Shown in pieces: positions 26,832 to 38,662 of a stretch of DNA of 64,000 bases. Each line of letters begins with the position of its first letter. Position 1 is the first letter of the stretch. Under the pieces are notes generated by a model that worked only from the letters and a program-made list of their open reading frames with translations, made no database searches and was not told the origin of the DNA. Position numbers and translations under genes: made by a program. Origin of the DNA: Octopus vulgaris. Taxonomy: Eukaryota. The stretch lies in NCBI GenBank assembly GCA_951406725.2, contig OX597830.1, positions 44,206,001 to 44,270,000 on the forward strand, written 5' to 3'.

Positions 26832-27637
26832 GTAAGTAGTATTCATATATTACTGCAGATATTAACCTCTCTCTCTCTAAGCAAATACACACACATGCAC
26901 ACACACATTTGCTCTGGCTGTTTTTACTTAAGTCTTCCTTGTTTTCTCTCTACTGCCTATTTTAGTTGGGTCATGCCAACAAAATTTAACTCCTTGCCTT
27001 AAGTGCACAAGCATTGGGCCTCACAGGAGCAAAGTGGTTGAGTTCCTTTCGTGTGTTGGGCCTCACAGAAGCAATGACCAAGACCTTTGGCATTATATCT
27101 TGCTTGAAAAGACTTCCCCCCCCCATCAAGCGGAGCAGAATTGCAGTCATCACAGTTATTGGTGTTATGTAAATCGACACCCATGCTGGTAGTACATAAA
27201 CGCACCCTGGTATCATACAAATGGTACCTGTTCTGGTGGCATGTAAAAGCACCCATTACATTCTCAGAGTGGTTGGCATTAGGAAGGACATCCAGCTTTA
27301 GAAAACCATGCTAAATCAGATTGGAGTCTGGTGCAGCCTTCCAGCATGCCAGCCCAGTCAAACTGTCCAACCCATGCCAGCATGGACAACAGACATTAGA
27401 TGATGATGATGATGATCTAATCTGCCACGTTGTTATTTACTCCTGCTTGTGTTTCTACATCATCATCATCGTTTAATGTTCGTTTTCCATGCTGGCATGG
27501 GTTGGACAGTTCGACTGGGGTCTGGGAAGCCAGGAGGCTGCACAAGGCTCCAGTCTGAACTGGCAGTGTTTCTATAGCTGGATGTCCTTCCTAAATTTTA
27601 AGTTGTACGGCTATACAGAGGACTGTAATGAGATAAT

Positions 27638-28068
27638 GGGTGACACTGCTCAGCAGAGACAGGCATAAATACAGACTTGTTACTAGTTCAGACATGCTTG
27701 GAACATATTTGAACCCGTAAGGAAGCCACTTACTGTATTTGTCATGGAGAAAATTTCTCACTGTAGACAAATAGGTGTAAGTACCCTGGGTCAGCTCACA
27801 GCATCACCAAACCAGACTGGGATGCATGCATTTTGGAGTTGTTATCTCCTCTTCAGCAGCAGATACTGGATAGGGAGATTCTGCGAACTGATATAAGGGA
27901 CAGGTTCCTCTTATGATATTCCTGTCCTCATTCAGTGACAGGTTGTGCTATTCAACAGTTTGCTGTAAATAAAATGTTGGGTGACAGCAATAAGCAGTAA
28001 TGTGCATAAATACAAACCTGTTACTAGTTCAAATGTGCCTGTGGCATATTTGAACCCGTAAAGAAAGC
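27638..28068 (+). repeat. Pair of about 90-bp imperfect direct repeats, each with a conserved hairpin
   Basis: gggtgaca...gcataaatac...tgttactagttca...catatttgaacccgtaa at 27638-27728 and 27979-28068. Confidence 0.85.
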
Positions 28069-28213
28069 CTTTCATTAGCCTTAAAATGTCTGTCTTTTTG
28101 ACTAAACAATACCAGAGAGAATCTCTTGAAAGGATTGGTGCCTTCTATAAGGTTTCTGTATGGAACTTGATACTTCGTATTTCTATTTCATATGATTTTG
28201 TCTTCCTTTGCAG

Positions 28214-28281
28214 AGAATGCTTGGAAGATGATATCAACTTTGATTCCACAGGATTTATTCATGCCATGAATAAAGTTTTTG
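28214..28281 (+). CDS. ECD: ECD exon: (K)ECLEDDINFDSTGFIHAMNKVF
   Basis: ctttgcag / gtaagc; 68 nt, phase 2 to 1. Confidence 0.92.
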
Positions 28282-28635
28282 GTAAGCTTCCAATTGTTTC
28301 TTTGTTGGTTTCTTTTGATTCTGAAGGTGACTGATTTTTATAAAGGAGATGGAGGGTAATTATTTCAATTATGAACTTCAAAAAAAAAAAATGTGAAAAA
28401 AAGCTTTGTTAAGCCTTGCAGGTTTGATTGACTTTGGAATGTTACACTATAAACCACATCAACTTATGTATTGGAAAATATGGTAATCAGTCAGATTATA
28501 CTTTTTGATAATCATTGCTTGTATTCTCAGAAGCTGTTTAACTATCTTGAATGCTTTTGTGTCATTGTCAAGTAGATGTGTTTTCACAAACCATATTTCT
28601 TTATTGATAAGATATTTGTTTTTCTCAAATATTAG

Positions 28636-28817
28636 AATTTGATGAAATCAGTTCTGACAGCAGCTCAGAAATGGATGAGTATGATTGGAATTCTTCAGAT
28701 GAAGACACTTCTAGAACCAGCTCCAATTCCAGAAGTGAAATGAAGTCATATCTTAAAGAAATGGATCTGGAATTATCAAAGACTACATTAGGCAAAAGTT
28801 TTGAATGTTCGAACAAA
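28636..28817 (+). CDS. ECD: ECD exon: (E)FDEISSDSSSEMDEYDWNSSDEDTSRTSSNSRSEMKSYLKEMDLELSKTTLGKSFECSNK
   Basis: atattag / gtaagt; 182 nt, phase 1 to 0; acidic region plus KSYxxxMDxEL...KSF motif. Confidence 0.92.
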
Positions 28818-29272
28818 GTAAGTTGCTTGCAAAACATTCATAATCTTTATTTTATTTTTGAACTTGAGTAGATGGAAACTGTGTGGAAGGTTTTTTTGAT
28901 AGAGCACACTTGTACTTCAAAGTCCCAGCCTTGCAGTACTATTGTAAAGACTACATAAACTTTTTTGATGCCAACCCATCAGAGACCATATTTAGTTCTA
29001 TGATAGGAAGCACACTCTTTTGATGTGATTTAAATTAAAACTTTCCATCAACATTTCATATTAATTTATTCCAAACCCCAGATTAATAAGAGCAAAGTTA
29101 TTTTGCTAAATTCACCATTTTTGAAATTATTTGATACAAAGGCAGTGTATTCTGTTGTGTCTGGGGAGAGTCATTCTCTTTTAGTGCTTTATAATTTAAC
29201 ACACTCACTGGTAAAATTTCCATTCATTTCTTTGTTTATTTTGCTAAAATTTTTGTTGTGTCTTGCAACCTT

Positions 29273-29333
29273 TTTTGACTCTGTCCGTTATTTACACTAC
29301 GTGTTTTGACTCTGTCCGTTATTTACACTACGT
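29273..29333. repeat. Tandem duplication with 31-bp period
   Basis: ttttgactctgtccgttatttacactacgt occurs twice. Confidence 0.9.
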
Positions 29334-29392
29334 TCATTTTATTTGTCTGTGCACATGTGTGTAGGTCAGTGTGTATGTGCATACATACATAA

Positions 29393-29620
29393 GGTGGCGA
29401 GCTGGCAGAACCGTTAGCACGCCGGGCAAAATGCGTAGCCGTATTTCGTCTGCCGTTGCGTTCTGAGTTCAAATTCCACTGAGGTCGACTTTGCCTTTCA
29501 TCCTTTCGGGGTCGATTAAATAAGTACCAGTTACGCACTGGGGTCGATGTAATCGACTTAATACCTATGTCTGTCTTTGTTTGTCCACTCTATGTTTAGC
29601 TCCTTGTGGGTAATAAATAA
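29393..29620 (+). mobile_element. SINE family B, young copy
   Basis: ggtggcgagctggcagaaccgttagc...gagttcaaattcc...gtcgactttgcctttcatcctttcggggtcgat; related copies at about 1580-1790(-), 16975, 23620, 56268-56930 (three), 58470-58675(-) and 59197-59575 (two). Confidence 0.85.
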
Positions 29621-30393
29621 ATGTGTATGTGCATACACATGTATGTATGTATGTATGCATGTGTGTGTGCATATGTATGTATTTTGTGTACATTTGTATG
29701 TATGTATTCTGTATATTCATGTGTTTGCATGTCCATGTTTGTGTGTGTGTGTACCTCTGTCTGAATGTGTGTGTGTATGGATTTTTTGCAACGGTGTACC
29801 GTGTTTGTATATGTGGATGTGTGTCTCCATATGTGTCTTTGTGTCAAGTGAAGTGTGTGTGTGTGTGTGTATATGGTCATGTTTCACCAAGGCAGTGTAT
29901 TTCAACAGAAGTGTCATGAGAAAAGGGCTAAAGATACAATTGTCTGTGTTCAGCTTACATTATAATCCAATGAGTAAGGTGATCCCACTAAATCATCATC
30001 ATCATCATCATCACCATCATTAACGTCCATTTTCCATACTAGCATGGTTTGGATGGTTTGATAAGAGTTGCCAAGCTGGAGAGCAGCACCAGGTTCCAAT
30101 TGTCTGTTTTGGCAGGATTTCTATAGTTCGACACCCTTCCTAATGCCAACCACCTTACAGAGTGTACTGGGTGCTTTTTACATGTGTGCGTGTCTGTGTG
30201 TATTTACATTCATCTATCCATGAGAAGTGATGGAATAAACAGTATAATTAATTTCAGCTTAAATATTTTAACTCCAATTTATTTTTTGTTTCACAGTTTG
30301 TGTATATTTGAATTGGCCAACTTATCTGCCAACATGGCATTGGTATTTTTGATTGAGTTCTCAATTAATTAAGCATTTTTGCATATTTTCCAG

Positions 30394-30744
30394 AAAAGCA
30401 AACCACCACGACCACCTCCCCCACAAAAGATTTCGGAGTCTTTGCCAAAGAAATCAGCTCCATCACGACCTCCACCACCACCACCGCCAAAAGTACAGCC
30501 AGTCCCTCCAGCTGAGTCGGTTCCTCATAATGGGTCCAAGCAATCGCCTGATGACATAGATGATGAAGACGAAGGATTTAGGCCTGTTAACATTGATGTG
30601 AACATAGTAAAGAACCTGTTGGCTTCTCATAATGTTCAGCCAGGCCAACCTGGGCCTGCAACAAACATTTTGTCTTCAATGGGTGTAGACCTTCACCAAG
30701 GCAAAAAGAAAGAGATGTTTATGAATCGAGCTGGAAGCAAATAA
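30394..30744 (+). CDS. ECD: ECD terminal coding exon: KSKPPRPPPP...FRPVNIDVNIVKNLLASHNVQPGQPGPATNILSSMGVDLHQGKKKEMFMNRAGSK*
   Basis: ttttccag acceptor, phase 0; conserved ECD C-terminal motif; TAA at 30742-30744. Confidence 0.95.
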   Translation, partial: KSKPPRPPPPQKISESLPKKSAPSRPPPPPPPKVQPVPPAESVPHNGSKQSPDDIDDEDEGFRPVNIDVNIVKNLLASHNVQPGQPGPATNILSSMGVDLHQGKKKEMFMNRAGSK

Positions 30745-32936
30745 AATGAATTAAACTGATATGTGCCACTATTATATATCCATTATATATATGCAAGGTG
30801 GCCCAGAAGTCACAAGACCATTTTAGTGGCTTTTTGGTCACATACACACACACACATACATACATATATATATATTCACACACACACACACGTAATTTCT
30901 CTTTCTTTGCAGAACATTCACCAATATTGACATTAGAAATCTCTCTGTATACATTTAGAATTCATTAATTCTGGTTGTTGCTGTGTATATAATGCTGCTC
31001 CATACCACTATTTCGGTCATAGTTATTCTTACCTCTGTCATTTTCATATTACATTCTCCTCTTTCCCACCAAAGTTTAACATTGTTTATTTCATGTTTTC
31101 TAAGTTTGCAAAATTATATATTTGTTTCCCTACATATATTTTGTTTGATCACAAACATAGGTTTGAAACTCTGTGCACATTAAACCATTTGGAGAATCAC
31201 TTTAAGACTGGATTTGTGGAGTTTATCTAGGGTCAAGTCTACCTGATGGAACTTGCTTAACACCAATTTGCATTCCTCAGCAAATATTTTACTCAGCACC
31301 TCGGGTTAATGAGACATTGTTAGTTTTACAATTCTAACATTGCTTTGGATGGTGAGATTTAGCCTCTTGGTGGATTGGGCTATTTAGAGTTAAGTGTCTT
31401 TGCTACAGATCTATATATATATATTCAGTGCCAGCCAAAGGAAACAAACCATTGACATTTTAATCAATAGGTCAACATTTTATTGACTCTGCCATTTATA
31501 ACCCTCATAGAACATGGCTTACTCAGAATACGGAAAGTCAAAACGATCTTGTGTCAATTACAGGAGATTGTAGATTAGTCAGTCAAATTTTATTGCTCAG
31601 AATTTAAATATCTACGGAACCTATCAGAAATATTTCTTTTCGAATTCTAATTTCCACATTTTTTTCATTAACATCAATTTATGAAACCACAATGCATCCA
31701 TCTTTATTCATTTTGAAAATTTACAATTTTATTCTTATTTTGACCCAAATTTTCATTAAATATTTCGATTTACGTACTCAGTTCACATCTCAAATCACAC
31801 TGATTTTTAAAAATTCATTTGGTTTTTTTACACGATTGACACATGAAAAAATAATTAAGAATTATTTTCATTAGAGCAGAAAATCTCTATAATCTCTTAA
31901 AAACTTCCTAGTAAATGCTAGTCTTAAAGGCTTCATAGTGGATGTCACTTTAAGGCAATGAATTAAAAAGGATCCCTAAATGAAAGAATCTTTCAATGAA
32001 ACTAGTAGAAGATAAATTCAACATTTCCTGTTTTAATGTACAAAATTTTATCAATTTCTCTAACATTTGCGCAAATGTATATATGTTTTTTTTAATCTCT
32101 TATATTCTATCGAGTTATTTCAAAGACAAAAAATAACTCTTTTATTACAATAACCGTTTTTACATGCTTCATCTTCACTTGGCACATGATAAAGAATTTT
32201 GTGATTTTTATTTTATATTTATTTTTTACACTAGAAAGACGTCTCGAAAGACTCTAGTAAAAGTGCTTGATGCCAAACTAATGCCATGCTACCTATATAA
32301 TCTGTGGAGTGGTTTTATTCAGCTTATTGATATTTGGTTGATTTTCACTTGAAAAAGAAAAAAAAACCATACTGTGTGATAATATTTACCATTGCTTTTC
32401 TTTAAGAAAAGTTTTCTCTTCTCCCTCCCTAATTTTGCTTAACGTTTTATTTTGTTGACATTCTAATTTTAATTGCATGCAAGATGAAACACAAAGAATG
32501 ACTGGTCAAGAATTTTCTAGACCATGATTTTTGCCCCGAATTGAAGGCAGTACAAATTTAAAGCTGACATCTTCTTGTTCCTAGTTCTCTTGACACTGGG
32601 AGTGTTACTTCTTGAGCTGGACAGCTGTAAAGGAATTGTGATAACCTTCCAGGGGACAGTGTCATGTGATAGGATCTTTTATAAAAGCAATTAATTAGAA
32701 CAACAGTCTTTCCAGAAGGTTCGAGGAGTCAATTAATTTTGAAATTAACCTCTATCTTTAAATAGCCTTTATTATATAATCCCAAATCTTTAAAGATCTG
32801 CTTATCCAGAAAATACCAGTTAGGTGCTATTTAGATATGTAGAAACCAAAATATAACAAAATGTTTGTTTTGTCTTTGGTGCCAGCCGTATATTTTTGTA
32901 TCTGAAATTCTATTGTTATCTTGTAAAATACAACTA

Positions 32937-32946
32937 AATAAATAAA
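32937..32946 (+). terminator. Candidate ECD poly(A) signal (overlapping AATAAA pair)
   Basis: Ends a repeat-poor 2.2-kb stretch after the stop and is followed by T-rich sequence; alternatives at 30740 and 33082. Confidence 0.4.
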
Positions 32947-34001
32947 GCAATTTTTTTTTCTTACAAACAATATTTGAGATTTATTTGCTGTTAATACTAA
33001 ATATGTCCAATGTTTATGCTACCTTTCTTCCTTTGCAGCTCAATTTTTATATTTTGTTTTTAGTTTAATTAAACTTTTTGTAATAAATAAATAAAAGAGT
33101 GTGAAATTTCTGAATATTGTTTATATTTTAGAAACTTAAGCAAATATAGAGTGAGTAGAATGGTTTAAATATAGCGTGAAGAGCATGATTATTTACATCC
33201 AAGTCCCCTATTTGCTGTCTCTAATTTGGAATGGATTATACCCTGGTATTACACTCTCTGTCCAGTATTTCAAAGTGCTTTACATATAACTAGTAAAATA
33301 TATTTTAACAGTTTCACAAAATATTTGTATTAATTATATTTTTCTTTTGCATTTCTTTAATTAATAAACAATTATCACTTTTTATTTTAGAATTCTTTAT
33401 TTTTATCCAAATTGTTTTTCTTTCATTTCTATGAAAAACATTAATTCACGTGCACCCCCTCACATCACCCAAACCCCATAAATTCAGACACCCCCACCCA
33501 CACAAAAACTCCATAAATACACACACCCTCCACCCCAAATATCGTTTATTCACAAGCAGCTCACCCCCAAAAATAATATGTAAAAATACAAATATACATA
33601 TATTTCTTTCTGTCCTCTTTCTTGCTAAAATTCCAAGGAAAACCAGATTGTCTCTTTATTTTCTCTCCTTGTCTGTCTTTCTTTTTTTCTCTCTCTCTCT
33701 CACCTCATTCAAGCTGCCTCCTTCTCTTTCACTTGTCTTTCCACCAGCTATATTATTCCAATAGCTACAGGACAGATGCATACGCTTATATATAAATACA
33801 GTTTTTATACATGATGTCACTTGTATGACCCACCTAATATAACTATTGTTTGCATCCATTAGGACTACAACTGCTGTTCTTGTTACTGCTGTGTCTGGTT
33901 CATTATAATTAATAACTTCCCAATACTTTTGTCTATTAAATATTTATTACATTGTTGGTAGAAAGAAATATAGACAATTTCATACATCTTCAGCCAGCAT
34001 T

Positions 34002-34082
34002 TCAACAGGAAATCTCTGCTTGATGATTTTCTCCTTTAAGTTTTTCTTTTATCCAAGTAAGTGATGTATCAATATCATTCAT
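34002..34082 (-). CDS. TRPM: TRPM putative terminal exon: MNDIDTSLTWIKEKLKGENHQAEISC*
   Basis: Acceptor tttactttcag, phase 0; LxWI motif as at the end of the TRPM2-type coiled coil; TGA at 34004-34002. Confidence 0.7.
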   Translation of the reverse strand: MNDIDTSLTWIKEKLKGENHQAEISC

Positions 34083-34607
34083 CTGAAAGTAAACACCAAT
34101 TTTTTTATTAATTAGTATTCAGAGTAATGTGTCTTGCCAAATTTTAGGTTCTTTTTTTATAGGTGCAGGAGTGGCTGTATGGTAAAGAACTTGCTTCCCA
34201 ACCACATGGTTCTGGGTTCAGTCTCACTGTGTGGCACCTTGGGCAATAGCCTTGGGCTGACCCAAGCCTTGTAAATGGATTTGGTAGACAGAAACTGGAA
34301 GAATCCTGTCGTGTATATATATATATGTAAAAGCATTCTGGAAGTAAAATTATGTGACAGCAGCAAATGGCTGTGCCCCAGAATGGCCACAGCTTGGGAG
34401 TTGAAACTAGATATAAAGACCAGAAATATATATATCTGTGTGTGTATATATATATATATATCAACTAATGAGGGTGAGAAAGTTGTATACTAATTTAATA
34501 GTACATCCATTTAACACCAAGTAGCTTGTGTGTATATATGTATGTATCTTTATATATATATATGTATATATATACTTTATTTAAAAGCAGCAGAAATATA
34601 ACAAAAG

Positions 34608-34645
34608 CTGTTACTCAGAGTTTCACGTTCCCGTTCGTTGGACAG
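34608..34645 (-). ncRNA. Hammerhead-like motif, family 2, second copy (core mutated)
   Basis: CUGU-CCAACGA-ACG(GGAA)CGU-GAAA-CUCUGAG-UA-ACAG, at the edge of an about 1.2-kb AT-rich repeat. Confidence 0.55.
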
Positions 34646-35955
34646 TTTTGTTAAAATAGAACAGAAATAACAATTTGATCAAAACTAGTTAAAGGATACA
34701 CCTTTAAAAATGGATTTGTTTCAATGGTCCCTTCAAATAACGGTCTTAAGTATGTGATAAACAAAATAAATGAATTCAATATAAGTTATAAAAAAATTGA
34801 GGAAAAACCTTAAATCGGAGAGCAGATTCAAAATACATATTGCCATTAATTATATAGAAAATATAATTCGATTAATACAATTAGTACATATAAATTTAAA
34901 TATTTCACAACCGTATATAATCATACTAAACCATCAATATACATATATACATCAAAATACACAGATAGATGTACACCGACCACATACATATGCAAACATA
35001 AATGCAAAACGTAAATATACATACAAATACACATATACATATGTATATGCAATCTTACCCGCATGCCAAAATCACTTGGTGTATACATATAGACTAGAGG
35101 TAAAACGCAGAGAGGGGGAAGAAAAAGAAAAGAAAAGGCAACGATCTTATAAGCAACAGATAGCTAAAGAAGTGAGTAAGAGGAGGGGGCGTAAAGTTAC
35201 AGGACTCTATACAAGTAACGAATAGGGAGAGAAACAATACTTTGCTTTAACGAGAGAAAGGAAAAAAGAAAAGTTTCAATATGCGCAACGAACGTACACA
35301 ATATAAAGTTACGTATACATGTGTATATAAAAGTGTATATTAGCAGTAAATACTCATATAAGAACACATAAATATATAGAGACAAGTACATAAATACACA
35401 TCTACACAAATTCAAGTGAATACATGCATATACATCCATGTATGTATGTGCATAAGTATAAACATACATGCTCACTTACACATATACATAGACGTGTGCA
35501 TACGAATACATATGCATACCAATACAAATATTCACATAAAAACATGTCTAGGATCTGACGTATATACAAACATTATATTTAAAAAATTGCTGAGTGCATA
35601 ATAAAATTTTGATAAAAGACATGAAAAATATAACACCCTATATCAAATTATCTATAAATTAAACGACCAAAGTGGGTTTATAAGATACAATAAAATGAAA
35701 TAAGATAAAAGCAGAATCCTAAACAAGAAACTAATATTAGTGTATAACAGTCGAAGGTTTTTCTTATGAAATATATTGAAATATTTACAAAAACTTTGCG
35801 ATGCGGAATAAATCATGCATATGAAACAAATCCAAGAGTGTGATTAAAAACTAGTCCAAGAGTTAAAAATATACGCTATCCATATGGGATATTGCTAGTT
35901 GACATTTTAAATTTGTCTGTGTGTCTGCATGAATTCAAGAGTTCGCTTCTTTGAT

Positions 35956-36204
35956 TTAAAGAATTATTGTCTTGGAATAAAATAGAATATTTCTCCAGCA
36001 GACATAAAGTTGACCATGGGAGAACACTTGCTCTGTGAGATTTAAACCAACCATTTGCAATGATTGACCCTGTGCCTTATTTATTGTCATTGCAAAGAAG
36101 AGTTTGAAAGGAAATTGAAGCCGCTTAAACACGTAGATCGTATCGAAGGGAGTGAGAGACATTTGAGTTATAAGAACATCTTGACCAGCGGCCGGTCCAT
36201 TCAA
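35956..36204 (-). mobile_element. Helitron Pif1-family helicase C-terminal relic
   Basis: FKRLQFPFKLFFAMTINKAQGQSLQMVGLNLTEQVFSHGQLYV (helicase motifs V-VI). Confidence 0.9.
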
Positions 36205-37417
36205 TTGTATTGGACCTCTGTCTAATCACGTCTTTTAAGGTACATACACATACATAGAAAATGTGAGGTCATGGTAGAAAATTTTTATGGTAGGTGATTT
36301 ATGGAAAAGATTAAAAAGAAAATGAGGGCAAAAAGTACTCTGGGGTCCAGTCTAGAACAGTGCATTGATGGCAACAAAAGAGAGGTGGATGAGGTGTACT
36401 GTGTTCTGAATTCAAATCCTGCCTTGGGTTGCTTGTTTGGTTTAACACCACTACTTGGAACTCCTTGGGTGTCTGGCAAGTATTCGGGTTAGTTCTCAAC
36501 AGGAACATCTTTAGTCATAGGTTTGTCGAATCAAGGCTGACCTTGGGTTAAACAGCATTAATCACATTCACTAATCTTTTGCTTTCCAACTGTTGGTGAT
36601 ACCACACAAAAAGCACTCAATACATTTTGTGAAGTGCTTGGTGTTAGGAACGGTGTCCAGCTGCAGAAACCAAGCAAGCTATGTAACCGTGTGGCCCCTG
36701 GTCTTGCCAGCTCCTGTCAGACTGTTCATCCCATGCTAGCATTTAACACTACCACACCAATAACTTGTGTTCTTCTGACTTCAATGAAACTAGATCCTGA
36801 CCATGTATTTCTGAATTCACTTCATACAGTAAACCACTCAAGGGCTCATCAATATTCTGAGTGAATTCGTTGCACAGTTCTTTCACTTTGAGGCAACTAT
36901 CTACAGGCCTCTATATAGTCACTCAATTTACTAGAAATAACAATCAAATCTCCCTCAAATCACATTCGTCAATCTTTAGAAAAGAAGGATACATAGTTCA
37001 TTTAGAAATGTATCATTCTATATCTGAAATTAAGATGGATAGCCTTAGTAGGAATGCCTTTGAACATAGGTCTACTCAATCAGGACTGATCTGGGGCTAA
37101 ATAACATCAGCAACGGCTCTCTTCTTGCTTTCATCTATTTTCTCCTTATCTGCTGACAAATATCACTCAAACTAAATATCAAATTCACTAGCATTACCAA
37201 GATATCTTTGTTCTTTAATCTCATGTGTCTTCTTCTTCAAGATGGTTGGAAGTTGTTTGTAAGAATTACTGTGATAATCTAAATGTCTGCAATTCAATTT
37301 TTTTAAAAATGAGAATAGGTGTTCAAGATTTTGTAATTCAGTAATTGATTCTAAAAGATATGCTGCAATAGATTCATTTTGACTGTCTTCTTAAATTAAA
37401 AATAATAAATTACAAAC

Positions 37418-37586
37418 CTTTTCTTCAATTTTTTGTAACTTCTGATTTGAAGTGCTGACATCTTTAGAAATTTCCATTACAGATTTGGGAGACAAAATTT
37501 TAGGGAAAGCATTCTGTGAATTTTCATATTTAGAATATTGCAATTGGTGTTGTAATTCTTCTACTTTCAGCGTTAATTGGTCAATT
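37418..37586 (-). CDS. TRPM: TRPM exon (coiled coil): (R)IDQLTLKVEELQHQLQYSKYENSQNAFPKILSPKSVMEISKDVSTSNQKLQKIEEK
   Basis: ccttacag / gtttgt; 169 nt, phase 2 to 0, fitting both neighbours. Confidence 0.8.
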
Positions 37587-37720
37587 CTGTAAGGATAAAG
37601 ATAGTACATGTGTTATTGTGTTCGACTAATAATGTCATAAGAAAATGTTTTATAGGCAACTTAAGATATGAAGTTATAGGTCCTCATAAATGAAACATTA
37701 CCAACACTGGATAGAAAATA

Positions 37721-37930
37721 TAAGTGGGTGGGGCTGAAAAGTTCCTGGCTTTGGATAAAAAAAATACTGGAGGATCAGTTAATTATGATTTTGTTCAACA
37801 TATTCCCTTCTCAGATTCACACACTTATTGCAGTGGTCCTTCAGTATTTCTAAACTCCGTAAAAGAATTTGGAAGGTTGGGCCTCCAACTAACCCTTAAA
37901 GCCAGGAACTTTTTAGTGCTCCCTTGTGTA
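37721..37930. mobile_element. Mariner-derived MITE
   Basis: TIRs gctgaaaagttcctggcttt ... aaagccaggaactttttagt, TA flanks. Confidence 0.75.
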
Positions 37931-37938
37931 GTAGGTAG

Positions 37939-38210
37939 TATCAGGTCATCCCTTAAGTTCTGTCTGAATTTTGAATAAAGAAAACAAGTGATCAAATGTT
38001 ATATTTAATTGAAATTTATCATCAATGTACTTTTCCTGATTATCTATGACTTCCTTCCATCTATTTACAAGCTTTTTAATCCCATCAATGTAAAACTCTT
38101 TTGGTTTCAAAGCAAAGAACTCTGAAATGTCAGTTTCAACCTCCTCCTGGCTTGCGAAAGTTATGTGACCCCCAAATGATTCTGTAAACTACGAAACAAA
38201 TAGTCTGGAA
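37939..38210 (-). mobile_element. Mariner (DD34D) transposase C-terminal relic
   Basis: PDYLFRSLQNHL / FASQEEVETDISEFFALKPKEFYIDGIKKLVNRWKEVIDNQEKYIDD, with a frameshift. Confidence 0.85.
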
Positions 38211-38662
38211 CTCTTAGAAGCTTCCACATATTTTCACTCTCATATTCCGAGTTCAAATATTGTGGAGATTAACTTTATTCTTTGTATTCTTTGGTGTAGA
38301 TAAAATGTATTCTGGCAGAGTAGAGGTGTTGATTTGGTTTAATGTATCCCTTTCAAACAAAACTGGTTTTGTGTCTCAAAGAACTCTTTATTGTTTAGGG
38401 CCATTCTCATGAAAGTTTAAAACAGGTTACCAAAATTTTTTAGAATGCTTCGAAAAATCTCTAAATATCCATAACAGTATGTTGGAATGGTTCATTTTTG
38501 ACCAGATGGTGAGACAATTTCTTGCAGATCTTTAATATGAGGCTCTTTATCATGTCACATTGATTTTTCTTATCCATGTCATACCAAATAAATGAGAATT
38601 ATGACCACAGATATTGTTGTCCAGCAAACACACTTGAAATTTTAGAAATTTTACTATCAATG

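Noticed and set aside
27705-27725. AACCCGUA resembling the miR-100 5' end
   Set aside because: The downstream sequence does not match miR-100 (GAUCCGAACUUGUG), and it lies at the base of the 3' arm.
37172-37390. 72-codon open frame just after the TRPM coiled-coil exon (minus strand)
   Set aside because: No phase-0 acceptor places it in frame with the exon ending at 37418, and it has no recognisable motif; the 34082 exon fits better.
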